A stretch of DNA of 64,000 nt from positions 6,828-70,827 of the forward strand of contig JANXBF010000003.1 of NCBI GenBank assembly GCA_025057615.1, read 5' to 3'. How positions within the stretch are numbered: position 1 is the stretch's first letter; each line of letters starts with the position of its first letter. The translations under genes and the position numbers were made by a program. The DNA is from Candidatus Calescibacterium sp. (GTDB lineage Bacteria > DRYD01). Shown one piece after another: positions 28,162-38,213 of the stretch. The notes beneath the pieces were generated by a model, which searched no databases, had not been told where the DNA came from, and saw nothing but the letters and a program-made list of their open reading frames with translations.

Positions 28162-29264
28162 CTTATATACTCATACATTAGATTATATACCTCAGTGTTA
28201 TCAATAATTGGTTTGGGTTTTATAAAACCTTTGTAGAACCCCACAATATGCTCTGCAGTATGATAATCAGAGCTATAGTTGACCTTAAACTCTGGAGAAA
28301 ATCTGTTGGCTTTCTTATCAATCAGAGTTAATCCACCACAGTCGTGATCAGAAACAACTAAGACAAGAGTATTGGGATTCAGATTTTGATAAGATATGAC
28401 AACGTCCAATAATTTATCAAGGTCTTCCATTTCATCCAACTGTTCCATTAATTTATTTTCATGCCCATACCAATCTATCTGGCTAGCCTCCACCATAAGG
28501 AAAAAACCTTTTCTATTCTTTGAAAGTCTGGAAAGCACATATTTTGTTTTGGAAGCCAAGTCTATTTTTCTTTCCTTATACTTAGGAGGATGTTTTTTAG
28601 CGGTAAATGCGATTAATTTTTCAAAGTCTTCATTGGACCTAACCATCTTGTCCAATTTTTCTTCACCATATATCACTTTGTATCCTTTTCTTTCAAGTTC
28701 TCTAATGTAAGGTTGGAAAATTCCGAATCCACCGCCAATGGCAATGTCTATATTTGAATATATAAGCTGTCTTGCTATAGCATCATCATCAGATCTAGAT
28801 TTCGAGAAAGAATAGAATGCTGCGGGAGTGGCATGAGTCAATGTACACTCAACAACTATACCTGTGGACTTCCCATGATTCTTAGCTATATCCATAATAG
28901 TAGGTATTCTACTTCCATTTTTCATGACCCCAACTTGATAATTCTGAACTCTTATACCTGTAGCAAAAGCAGTTGCACCTGCAGCACTATCAGTAATAAC
29001 GTAATCTTCACTCCTAGTCCTTACCAAAAAAGAACCATCAAATTTTGAAAAATTACTATATCCATGATTTTTATATTCACTTTTATAATAATCATAAGCA
29101 GTTATTATGGGAAGTCCCATACCATCACCTATGACAAGTATTATACTTTTTGAATTATCAGAACTATTGAAAATTGATTTAGCGACAACAATAACAAATG
29201 AAAAAATTGAAAACATCAAAACAATGAAAAAAGGCAAGTTTTTTGTAATTGATATGTTTTTCAT
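28158..29264 (-). CDS. Alkaline phosphatase (PhoA family) with N-terminal signal/anchor
   Basis: VIGDGMG, the active-site TDSAAGATAFATG, and WYGHEN ... VSDHDCGG are present. The N-terminus is hydrophobic (FFIVLMFSIFSFVIVVA). Confidence 0.85.
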   Translation of the reverse strand: MKNISITKNLPFFIVLMFSIFSFVIVVAKSIFNSSDNSKSIILVIGDGMGLPIITAYDYYKSEYKNHGYSNFSKFDGSFLVRTRSEDYVITDSAAGATAFATGIRVQNYQVGVMKNGSRIPTIMDIAKNHGKSTGIVVECTLTHATPAAFYSFSKSRSDDDAIARQLIYSNIDIAIGGGFGIFQPYIRELERKGYKVIYGEEKLDKMVRSNEDFEKLIAFTAKKHPPKYKERKIDLASKTKYVLSRLSKNRKGFFLMVEASQIDWYGHENKLMEQLDEMEDLDKLLDVVISYQNLNPNTLVLVVSDHDCGGLTLIDKKANRFSPEFKVNYSSDYHTAEHIVGFYKGFIKPKPIIDNTEVYNLMYEYIR

Positions 29265-29959
29265 TTTTGCTCACCTCCCAAACTCAAATTTAAATTACTC
29301 TTCAAACTTGCTAAATAGCAAATAATTATAATATCTGTAACATACCAAAAAAACATGGTTAACAAAGACATAGTAAGACAGCAAACAATAAAAAATGGTG
29401 CCAAAAACAATAAAAAGCAAATAAAATATATTAAGGATATAATCAAAGAAACCGAAATATTTTGAACAAAAAGTTGGTATGAAAATCTAAGAACTCTTGA
29501 AATATCAAAACCACATAAATCGAATGCTACTATGGAAAAGTAATAAATTGATACATAAGCCCAAAAAAGAGGTAACCAAACAAATAAAAAGTACAAACCA
29601 CTCAGTATCAAATATAACATGGCATCACTAATAAATGTGTTTAAAAACAAATCAATTAGAAAATCTGAAACAACCCATGGCACAACTATTGGCAGCAAAG
29701 CTATTAACCTAACAATAAATATTTTTATACCCTCAAGAAAAAAAAGTTTTATATCAAAAGGAATATAGAAATCTTCATTACCAATTGAATAATATTCATA
29801 AACCTTTTTATAGATATTGTAGATAAGATAAGTGGGTATACTCAAAACAGTAAAGAAAGAAAGAAGTATAAAAAGAGGATTTGTCACCAAAGAAGAAACA
29901 GCAATACTACTCAAGTTCTTATTAATAACTTCCCAAGAAACAGAAACCCAAGTTTTCAT
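29261..29959 (-). CDS. Polytopic membrane protein, unknown family
   Basis: 232 aa with about 6 hydrophobic segments. A 4-nt overlap links it to the alkaline phosphatase gene. Confidence 0.55.
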   Translation of the reverse strand: MKTWVSVSWEVINKNLSSIAVSSLVTNPLFILLSFFTVLSIPTYLIYNIYKKVYEYYSIGNEDFYIPFDIKLFFLEGIKIFIVRLIALLPIVVPWVVSDFLIDLFLNTFISDAMLYLILSGLYFLFVWLPLFWAYVSIYYFSIVAFDLCGFDISRVLRFSYQLFVQNISVSLIISLIYFICFLLFLAPFFIVCCLTMSLLTMFFWYVTDIIIICYLASLKSNLNLSLGGEQK

Positions 29960-30063
29960 AAATCTTTTAATTACTTTTCTTTACAATAAAAATAAAACCT
30001 TTCTAAAATAATCTGAAATTTAAATTAAAGGGAACCAAATTTGGTTATAAAATAATATATAGT

Positions 30064-31287
30064 GTGAGAGTTTTCTTGATCGTTCTTGATGGTGCAGGAA
30101 TAGGAGCAAGTAAAGATTGCTATAATTTTAATGATCCTCCTACTGTAAATACAATATTCAATTCTTTAAAAAAATCAAGAGAAGATGGGTTAATCGTCAA
30201 CTTATCCAACCTATCAAAACTGGGATTACATAAAATTTTAAAGATTAAAAACCCTCAAATCAGTTATGAAGAATTAGAAAAAGTGGGATTTAACACAGAT
30301 AGTCAGGTAATATCTTCATACGGTATAATGGAAGAGAAATCCTCAGGTAAAGACACAATAACAGGACATTGGGAAATATCAGGGTTAGTGTTAGAAAAAG
30401 GGTTTGATACATTCGAATTTTTTCCACAAGAATTAATCGAAGCTCTTGAAAAACAAATAAACAGAAAGACAATAGGAAATAAAGCTGCATCAGGAACAGA
30501 AATAATAAAAGAATTAGGTGAAGAACATATAAAAACCGGAAAACCTATAATATATACATCTGCAGATAGTGTCTTCCAAATAGCAGCCCACATTGAAGTC
30601 ATAAATATTGATGAATTATATAATATTTGTGAAGTGGCATATAACTTGATTAATGAAAAAGGCTATAGGATAGCAAGAGTAATAGCAAGACCATTTGCAG
30701 GAAAAAATGGGAATTTCTATAGACTAAATGATAAAAGGAAAGATTTTTCAGTTCCTCCACCTTCAACAACAATATTAGATGTTCTTTACAGTAGTAAATT
30801 AGAGGTTATAACAGTTGGTAAAATTTCTGACATATTTGCAAATAGATCAATAACTAAATCTTACAAAGTTTCAGGAAATGTTGATATATTTAATAAAGTG
30901 GTTGAGCTATCCAGAACAGATTTTGAAGGATTAATATTCGCAAATTTAGTCGACTTTGATACAGTTTACGGACATAGGCAGGATTACAAAGGATGGACCA
31001 AAGCATTAGAAGAATTTGATAAAATCGTATTCAGACTCATAGAAAATTTGAAAAAAGATGATATTTTAATAATAACAGCAGACCATGGTAATGACCCAAC
31101 CGATCAATCAACAGACCACACAAGAGAAGATGTTCCATTAATAATAATAGGAATAAAAGAAGATAACTTCTTGGGAATAAAAAAAAGCTTCAGATATGTG
31201 AGTTTCATTATCCAGGAATTTTTCAAGGATAAACTTATACAAAGGATAAAAATTGAAGAATTTGAAGGAGAAAAAATATGGAATTAG
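30064..31287 (+). CDS. deoB: Phosphopentomutase
   Basis: GTG start. The blocks VLDGAGIG, TGHWE, YTSADSVFQIAAHIE, DFDTVYGHR and ITADHGNDPT are the DeoB signature. Confidence 0.9.
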   Translation: MRVFLIVLDGAGIGASKDCYNFNDPPTVNTIFNSLKKSREDGLIVNLSNLSKLGLHKILKIKNPQISYEELEKVGFNTDSQVISSYGIMEEKSSGKDTITGHWEISGLVLEKGFDTFEFFPQELIEALEKQINRKTIGNKAASGTEIIKELGEEHIKTGKPIIYTSADSVFQIAAHIEVINIDELYNICEVAYNLINEKGYRIARVIARPFAGKNGNFYRLNDKRKDFSVPPPSTTILDVLYSSKLEVITVGKISDIFANRSITKSYKVSGNVDIFNKVVELSRTDFEGLIFANLVDFDTVYGHRQDYKGWTKALEEFDKIVFRLIENLKKDDILIITADHGNDPTDQSTDHTREDVPLIIIGIKEDNFLGIKKSFRYVSFIIQEFFKDKLIQRIKIEEFEGEKIWN

Positions 31288-32687
31288 AGTATTACATGTC
31301 AAGCCTATCCCCTACTAGGATAGTAGAATTACTTGATAAATACATTATAGGGCAAGAAGAAGCAAAAAAATCCATTGCTATAGCCATAAGGAACAGATAC
31401 AGAAGGATGAAAATAAAAGAAGAATACAGAGATGAAGTAATACCAAAGAACATTTTGATGATAGGTCCAACAGGAGTGGGAAAAACAGAAATAGCAAGAA
31501 GAGTAGCCAAGATCATAGGAGCACCATTTGTAAAAGTAGAAGCAACAAAATACACAGAAGTGGGATATGTTGGAAGAGATGTTGAAAGCATGATAAGAGA
31601 TCTAATCGAGGTATCATTTAGAAATGTTCAGGCTGAAAAAATAAAAAATGTTGAAAAAAAAGCACATGAAGAAGCAATAAAAAGGATAACAGAAATAATT
31701 AAGCCATATCCAACTCCAAGCAGCCCAAATAATCCCTTATTTTCCATATTCAATATACCTCAAAATACAAATATTCCAGAAGAAGTAAAAAAAGACATAG
31801 ATAATCAAAGGTTAGAAATTTTTGATAAAATAAAGAAAGGGTTACTCGATGACGAATACGTGGAAATAGATGTAGAGTCAAAACCCATAGTGGAAACTTA
31901 TTTTATCCCAGGAACAAACGTAACATTTGATCAATATGGGATAGATATGAATGAGCTATTCTCTTCATTATATCCCAAAAAGACCAAAAAAAAGAAAGTA
32001 AAGATCAAAGAAGCCATAGATATACTGAAAATAGAGGAAGCTAAAAAGTTGGTGGATTACGAAGAAGTCAAAAAAGAAGCAATATGGAGAGCAGAAAATT
32101 TAGGAATAATCTTCATTGATGAAATAGATAAAATAGCATCCAAAGGAGATAGTAGAGGTCCAGATGTATCGAGAGAAGGTGTACAAAGAGATCTCTTACC
32201 AATAATAGAAGGAACAGTAGTAATGACAAAATATGGAGCTGTAAAAACAGATCACATTCTATTCATAGCAGCAGGTGCATTTCACATATCAAAACCAACC
32301 GATCTAATTCCTGAACTACAAGGAAGGTTTCCCATAAGAGTGAAATTAAAAAATCTTAACAAAGAGGATTTCTACAAAATACTCAAACACTCAGAAAACA
32401 GCCTAGTAAAACAATATAAGCTACTATTAGAAGTAGAAAACATATTCTTAGATTTCAATGATGATTCAATATTAGCAATATCGGAAATAGCCGAGAATTT
32501 AAACAATTCTACTGAAAATATAGGTGCAAGAAGACTACATGCAATTATAGAAAAAGTCCTGGAAGAGCCTTCTTATGACATTGAAAAATATAAAAATAAA
32601 AAAATAATTATCGATAGAAACTTCGTATTTGAAAAATTGAAAGATTTAATAGAAATAGAGGATAAAAGTAGCATTTATATAATATGA
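31278..32687 (+). CDS. hslU: ATP-dependent protease ATPase subunit HslU
   Basis: Reads PTRIVELLDKYIIGQEEAKKSIAIAIRNRYRR, with Walker A GPTGVGKTEIARR, IIFIDEIDKI and LQGRFPIRV. An I-domain insert is present. The RBS GAAGGAG lies upstream of 31278. Confidence 0.9.
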   Translation: MELEYYMSSLSPTRIVELLDKYIIGQEEAKKSIAIAIRNRYRRMKIKEEYRDEVIPKNILMIGPTGVGKTEIARRVAKIIGAPFVKVEATKYTEVGYVGRDVESMIRDLIEVSFRNVQAEKIKNVEKKAHEEAIKRITEIIKPYPTPSSPNNPLFSIFNIPQNTNIPEEVKKDIDNQRLEIFDKIKKGLLDDEYVEIDVESKPIVETYFIPGTNVTFDQYGIDMNELFSSLYPKKTKKKKVKIKEAIDILKIEEAKKLVDYEEVKKEAIWRAENLGIIFIDEIDKIASKGDSRGPDVSREGVQRDLLPIIEGTVVMTKYGAVKTDHILFIAAGAFHISKPTDLIPELQGRFPIRVKLKNLNKEDFYKILKHSENSLVKQYKLLLEVENIFLDFNDDSILAISEIAENLNNSTENIGARRLHAIIEKVLEEPSYDIEKYKNKKIIIDRNFVFEKLKDLIEIEDKSSIYII

Positions 32688-32700
32688 TAAAAGTGGATAT

Positions 32701-34227
32701 ATGATTGAAATTTCAAATAAAAAAGTTATAGTATTTGATACCAATGTTAAACACAGTAGCAAATGTAAATGCAAAGTTTGTAGGACATACAGAACTCTTC
32801 CCAAAGCCAAGCTTTTGTTACCATTGGAAATCAAAAAGTATTTTCCTATTCTTATAATAAATCCCTTTATTTCTTTCATTTTCATCAGTAAACTATTTGA
32901 TGTTATAAATTCAAAATATTTGGATGTATCATTTGATACATCAAACATAACAATTGATAGTCAGATTATGGAATTATTAAATTCCAACTTTTCAAATAAC
33001 TTCATAAATTGTATCAATTTTATTATAAATAAAGATATTTTCAACACAGTTGGATTCTTCGAAGAAAGTCTGGATAAATTTAACGATTTTGAAATGTTCT
33101 ATCTATCAGGTTTAATAAATTTTTATCTACAGAATCTTGATAAATCTTTTGATAGTCTATCAAATGCATTTGAAATACTGTTTAAGAAATCTCTAGAAGA
33201 ACCAATAAACAACCTGGATGTTGAATATGTACATTTGTTCTTCTTGTTTGATCTGATGGTTGTTTCTCTATATTTCAAAAAATACGATATCTTTGGAAAA
33301 ATTTTTGAATATCTAATTAGATTAAACAATGATTTTAGTTTATATTCATTCATGTTGTATATTTTTTTGTTTTTCTATATTTACGATAGCTATGTTTTAT
33401 TAGAAAATATAGCAACAATAAAAGAAAATATAGAGGTTATTAACAGATCAATAGATGAGTTTTGGAATCCAAATGTAATAAGAGCTTACATACTATACAT
33501 CATGTTAAGTATATCCATTTACAGACCAGAAGTATATAACATATTAAAAAATGAATTAAATATTATTGTTCAAAATATTAACCCGGCTACTTCTAATATT
33601 GAAGATCACATAAACATAATAAAAAACTGTGTAGAATTAGACAAGGACAACATTTTATATAAGCTAGCTCTACACAGTATTGATAAGAACATATATAAAG
33701 ATTTCATTTCTTCATTGGAATTTTTACCATTGAACAAAACAATCTCAAATTTTGTGGATTATGTAAAATTTTCCGATATAGTAGTTTCTAAATTAATTCT
33801 CCAAGATATAGGATTTAATATCAATTTTGTTAAGTTGAGAGAATTAGTGGAATCAGAGCCGAATAATCCATTCTTTTGGTTTATAAACGGCCTATATAAT
33901 TTTGTAAATATGGATTTTGATGTCGCAAATAACTATTTTAGAGGGGCTGTAGCTACAGATAACTCATTTACTGAAGCAAGAATATTCTTCGCCACAACCC
34001 TATTCTTAACTGGTGATATAGAAAAATCTTTAAAGATTCTCGAAAATTCATTAAACACATATACAGCCTATTTATTTGATATAATATTAATTAATATGTC
34101 GGTTATATACAAAATAACGAATAAAGAAGAATTTATTCAAAACATATACAATGAGTTATCAAATTTAGAGAGTGTTGAAATATTACAAGATATTCTTAAG
34201 GAGGTAGAAAATGAGAAACTGGACTGA
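32701..34227 (+). CDS. Hypothetical protein with N-terminal Cys cluster (CKCKVC), one hydrophobic segment and TPR-like C-terminal helices
   Basis: A 508-aa ORF. The C-terminal region (FFWFINGLYNFVNMDFDVANNYFRGAVATDNSFTEARIFFATTLFLTGDIEKSLKILE) looks TPR-like. The family is otherwise unknown. Confidence 0.5.
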   Translation: MIEISNKKVIVFDTNVKHSSKCKCKVCRTYRTLPKAKLLLPLEIKKYFPILIINPFISFIFISKLFDVINSKYLDVSFDTSNITIDSQIMELLNSNFSNNFINCINFIINKDIFNTVGFFEESLDKFNDFEMFYLSGLINFYLQNLDKSFDSLSNAFEILFKKSLEEPINNLDVEYVHLFFLFDLMVVSLYFKKYDIFGKIFEYLIRLNNDFSLYSFMLYIFLFFYIYDSYVLLENIATIKENIEVINRSIDEFWNPNVIRAYILYIMLSISIYRPEVYNILKNELNIIVQNINPATSNIEDHINIIKNCVELDKDNILYKLALHSIDKNIYKDFISSLEFLPLNKTISNFVDYVKFSDIVVSKLILQDIGFNINFVKLRELVESEPNNPFFWFINGLYNFVNMDFDVANNYFRGAVATDNSFTEARIFFATTLFLTGDIEKSLKILENSLNTYTAYLFDIILINMSVIYKITNKEEFIQNIYNELSNLESVEILQDILKEVENEKLD

Positions 34228-35527
34228 GATAGAAATGTGGAAAGATGTAACACAAGAACAGTTCGAAGATTTTCATTGGCAAACACAAAATAGAATTACT
34301 AACCTAGAGAAGTTAAAAAAAGTTATCAATTTAACAGAAAGTGAAGAGAAAGCTATCAAAGAAGGAGTTGGTGAAATATTCACATTAGGAATAACACCAT
34401 ATTATGCTTTATTAATGGATCCGGATGATCCCAATGACCCCATAAGACTACAAGCTGTGCCATCATATCACGAACTAGAGGAGAGCACATTCGATCTGGA
34501 AGACCCACTTGCTGAAGATGTTGATATGCCAGTTCCCGGAATAGTCCATAGATATCCTGACAGAGTTTTATTTTTAGTGACAGATAGATGTTCTGTATAC
34601 TGCAGACATTGCACAAGAAGTAGGATGGTTAGCTACAGACCAACTCCATGGAGTCAAATTGAAATGGGAATAGAATATATAAGGAAAACGAAAGAAATAA
34701 GGGATATAGTTGTATCTGGAGGCGACTCTCTTTCTCTAAGCGATGAAAAAATAGAAAAAGTATTACAAGCTTTGAGAAGTATACCTCATGTTGAAATAAT
34801 AAGATTAGGTTCAAGAATGCCGGTGACAAATCCAATGAGAATAACAGAGAAATTGGTTTCAATAATAAAAAAGTATCATCCTGTGTTTTTAAATACCCAC
34901 TTCAACCATCCTAAAGAGATAACTAAATATTCAGAGAGAGCTTTAAATATGTTAGCTGATGCGGGTGTGGTTCTTGGTAATCAGACAGTGTTGTTGAGAG
35001 GAGTAAATGACTGCCCCTTTATAATGAAAAAATTGTTTCAATTGTTATTAAAAAACAGGTGTAGGCCATATTATATTTATCAATGTGATTTGACAGAAGG
35101 TTTAGAACATTTCAGAACAAGAGTAGCCAAGGGAATAGAAATAATGGAGTTCCTCAGAGGGCATACTTCTGGATTAGCAAATCCATATTTTGTTGTTGAT
35201 GCTCCTGGTGGTGGCGGTAAAATACCAGTAATGCCAAATTATTTAATTTCAATGTCTTCTGACAGAGTAGTTTTGAGAAATTATGAAGGTAAAATATTTA
35301 TGTATCCCGAACCCAAACATGCTGATTCTCCTCATAATCCAGAGACATGTGTATATTGCCAAGAAATGAAAGACCAATTAGATGGAATAGCAAAACTTCT
35401 ATGGGAAGGTAATAGATCAAAAGTAAATTTAGATCCTGAAAGTAAACGAGATATAAGAAGAAAAAATAAGCAAATAATAAACGAAGAATTAACAGAATTA
35501 ATGAAACAGAGAACAAGTTGCTCATAG
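34211..35527 (+). CDS. kamA: Lysine 2,3-aminomutase family radical-SAM enzyme
   Basis: The radical-SAM cluster CSVYCRHCTR, the PLP region and GGGGK, plus the KamA-type N-terminus (WKDVTQEQFEDFHWQTQNRI), are present. Confidence 0.85.
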   Translation: MRNWTEIEMWKDVTQEQFEDFHWQTQNRITNLEKLKKVINLTESEEKAIKEGVGEIFTLGITPYYALLMDPDDPNDPIRLQAVPSYHELEESTFDLEDPLAEDVDMPVPGIVHRYPDRVLFLVTDRCSVYCRHCTRSRMVSYRPTPWSQIEMGIEYIRKTKEIRDIVVSGGDSLSLSDEKIEKVLQALRSIPHVEIIRLGSRMPVTNPMRITEKLVSIIKKYHPVFLNTHFNHPKEITKYSERALNMLADAGVVLGNQTVLLRGVNDCPFIMKKLFQLLLKNRCRPYYIYQCDLTEGLEHFRTRVAKGIEIMEFLRGHTSGLANPYFVVDAPGGGGKIPVMPNYLISMSSDRVVLRNYEGKIFMYPEPKHADSPHNPETCVYCQEMKDQLDGIAKLLWEGNRSKVNLDPESKRDIRRKNKQIINEELTELMKQRTSCS

Positions 35528-35540
35528 GGTGAGGAATAAA

Positions 35541-35696
35541 ATGAGTAAAGAGAAAATAGGAAAGTCCCTAATATTGGCAGGATTTATAATAATAGTAATA
35601 GGAACAGTAATATATTTATTCCAAGAGGAAGAAGAAGTAAAAAATATTAAAGAACTAATAAAAGAAGCTGACAGAATTATAAAAGAAAATACATAA
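35541..35696 (+). CDS. Small (51 aa) single-pass membrane protein, unannotated in the ORF track
   Basis: An ATG at 35541 is preceded by GGGTGAGGA. The translation is MSKEKIGKSLILAGFIIIVIGTVIYLFQEEEEVKNIKELIKEADRIIKENT. It fills the gap between kamA and the next gene exactly. Confidence 0.45.
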   Translation: MSKEKIGKSLILAGFIIIVIGTVIYLFQEEEEVKNIKELIKEADRIIKENT

Positions 35697-38213
35697 ATGA
35701 ATTATTTCCCTTTAGTAGTTTTACTTACCTTAGGGGTAGTTTTTTGGTTTTTAGACAGCGTTTGGAATCTATTTGGTAAACAATTTCTGAGCAACTTTTT
35801 TTTTGCAGGTGGTCTACATCCGGGAGAACAATACATTTATATAATTGTTTTGTCATTAACAAACATCATTGCAATATTTTTAAGTTTTCTAAGAAAGGAT
35901 ATTTGGAAGAATGGATTTCATTTCAGTAAAGGATTATTTCTTTATTTTCTATTTATTGTAATTATCTCAATATCCACTCTGTTTTTTTCTGTAGATAAGT
36001 TTGAGAGTTACAGAGAATTTTGGATCTACCTCCTAATGTTCAGTTTATCAATCTATATTTATAATTTCGTTTTTAATCAAAAAGACAAAGAGGAATTTCT
36101 TTATAATTATTGCTTGATACTTCTAACTATTTTTATAGTTAGTATTTTAATAGCTGTTATAGTAAATTTAGGATTACCAACGGGTTCACCTTGGATGTCA
36201 TTATTTTATCAAAAAAATGCCTATGGAGGGTTTATTCTTTTATTTTTGCCCATAACCTTTTCACTTTTCCTTTTCTCAATGGTGTACAAAGAATATTATA
36301 AATCCATAATATTTTTTACCGCTTTTATATTTGGGATATTTACCCTTATTTTCAGTGGTTCAAAAGCTGCATTTTTATCATTTTTAATCTGTTTACCTCT
36401 GTATTTTGCTTTTCTTAAGATTTTCAAATTGATAAATCCTTTAAATATTATGGATAAAAAAATAAAGAGATTATTTATTATTGCAGCCTTTTTTTCTGTT
36501 ATTTTACTATTTTTACAACTCGTTTTAGATTCTAAATTTACATTTGCTTTAATAAATTCTTTAAAAACTTTAATTTTTGGTTTAACCAACACAGTGATAG
36601 CAAGGGTTGATTTTTGGGAAGCAAGTTTGAAAATAGCGAAAGATTTCCCATTCGGATGTGGGTTATATAACTTCTCTAAGGTTTATCCTCTATATCAGGC
36701 ATCCTTCTATTTTTATTCTAAGGATCCACATAATTACTATTTAAAACTCATCTCAGAAATTGGATATATAGGATTCATTTTCTTCATAACAATGATAGTA
36801 TATTTTATTTATAAGTCTTCTATAATTTATAGCAAAGTATATTCTTTTTTAGTAAATCAATACAATCAACGAAAAATTTTTTCAAACTCAGATGAAATGG
36901 ATAATAACTTATCAAAATTAGGAATATATATTCTATCTTCAGGAATAAGTATTGGTTTAATACAAGGTTTATTACATATAGCCTTTGATGTTGATTTCAA
37001 GTTTGCTTATATTTTAGTCATATTTACAACGAATTTTTTTGTAAATATGGCAATTATAGATTCACTTGAAAGTAATTTAGCTGATAATAACAAAAATTTG
37101 AAATCCTTCTATTTAAGGCTTTTATGGGCTATAATATTTATACCACTCTCATTATTAGGCTTACATTACGGTATAAAGGAATCAATTGCATACAAGATTG
37201 ACAAAGAAGTTGAAAAAACAGGAGATTATAAACAATACATAAGAGTAATAAACAATTCTTTATCTTCTTCTTCAAAATATGTGACACTTGCTGAATTATA
37301 CAGAGTTAGTTACAATTTTGAAGAAGCCATAAAATATAATAAAAAAGCAATAGAATTATGTAAATACAATATGAATGCTTATCTGTCTTTATCTTTTCTA
37401 TATAATGACAAAATAGAATCGCTCCTTTCAATTAATACAGAGGATACAGTAGTAAAAGATAAAGTAAAGAGAAATATTTCATTATTATCCCAAGATCTTA
37501 AAAAAACAGTAGTTGAAGCTTTTAAATATGATAATAAAAATTACCCGGATTTCTATTTACTTCTTGCCCAAAGTTATGAATACAAAAACAGCAAAAATTA
37601 TAAAAATCTATATAAAAATATCTTCAAAGTGGTTTACCCTCCTTCAGAATATATCAACCTAATGGACATAAGACACACAACATTCGGTGACATTATTTCA
37701 CAAGCATATATCAAATATTTAATAGATGATTTTATAAAATGTCAAAAAGATAAAGGGGTTCAATATTGCGAAAAAGTAACAGAGTATCTTTATGAACCGC
37801 TGATTAAGTATAACATTAAAACAAATATAGAAGATTTTTACTTATTAGGGGCCATATCTTTCTACATAACAGGGAAAAAACTTTACAATATTGATCATCA
37901 TAAGTCCATAGAAAACTTCAAAAAGGCCAAGGAAGTATTAGAAAAGATATATACTCAAGATTTTGTTAATCTATATTATTATACAGCCTGTTATATGTAT
38001 TTAGGAAATTATACAACTTCCTTAGGATTGGCTAAAATAATTTTTTCTTTTCCAATGGTTGAAAAACTTTCAAATGAGCAAAAAGAGAAACTTAAGCTAG
38101 CTAAAATAAATAACTACGCAATTCTTTCTTACATATACACTAAGCAAAACTATATAAAATTAGCAGAAGAGTATGCAAAATTATATACCAAATACTCAGA
38201 AACAAAAAAATAA
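35697..38213 (+). CDS. O-antigen ligase/polymerase-like (Wzy_C) polytopic membrane protein with C-terminal TPR-like domain
   Basis: About 12 TM segments carry the Wzy_C-type loop motif (KDPHNYYLKLISEIGYIGFIFF). The C-terminal ~330 aa are helical-repeat-like. Confidence 0.7.
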   Translation: MNYFPLVVLLTLGVVFWFLDSVWNLFGKQFLSNFFFAGGLHPGEQYIYIIVLSLTNIIAIFLSFLRKDIWKNGFHFSKGLFLYFLFIVIISISTLFFSVDKFESYREFWIYLLMFSLSIYIYNFVFNQKDKEEFLYNYCLILLTIFIVSILIAVIVNLGLPTGSPWMSLFYQKNAYGGFILLFLPITFSLFLFSMVYKEYYKSIIFFTAFIFGIFTLIFSGSKAAFLSFLICLPLYFAFLKIFKLINPLNIMDKKIKRLFIIAAFFSVILLFLQLVLDSKFTFALINSLKTLIFGLTNTVIARVDFWEASLKIAKDFPFGCGLYNFSKVYPLYQASFYFYSKDPHNYYLKLISEIGYIGFIFFITMIVYFIYKSSIIYSKVYSFLVNQYNQRKIFSNSDEMDNNLSKLGIYILSSGISIGLIQGLLHIAFDVDFKFAYILVIFTTNFFVNMAIIDSLESNLADNNKNLKSFYLRLLWAIIFIPLSLLGLHYGIKESIAYKIDKEVEKTGDYKQYIRVINNSLSSSSKYVTLAELYRVSYNFEEAIKYNKKAIELCKYNMNAYLSLSFLYNDKIESLLSINTEDTVVKDKVKRNISLLSQDLKKTVVEAFKYDNKNYPDFYLLLAQSYEYKNSKNYKNLYKNIFKVVYPPSEYINLMDIRHTTFGDIISQAYIKYLIDDFIKCQKDKGVQYCEKVTEYLYEPLIKYNIKTNIEDFYLLGAISFYITGKKLYNIDHHKSIENFKKAKEVLEKIYTQDFVNLYYYTACYMYLGNYTTSLGLAKIIFSFPMVEKLSNEQKEKLKLAKINNYAILSYIYTKQNYIKLAEEYAKLYTKYSETKK

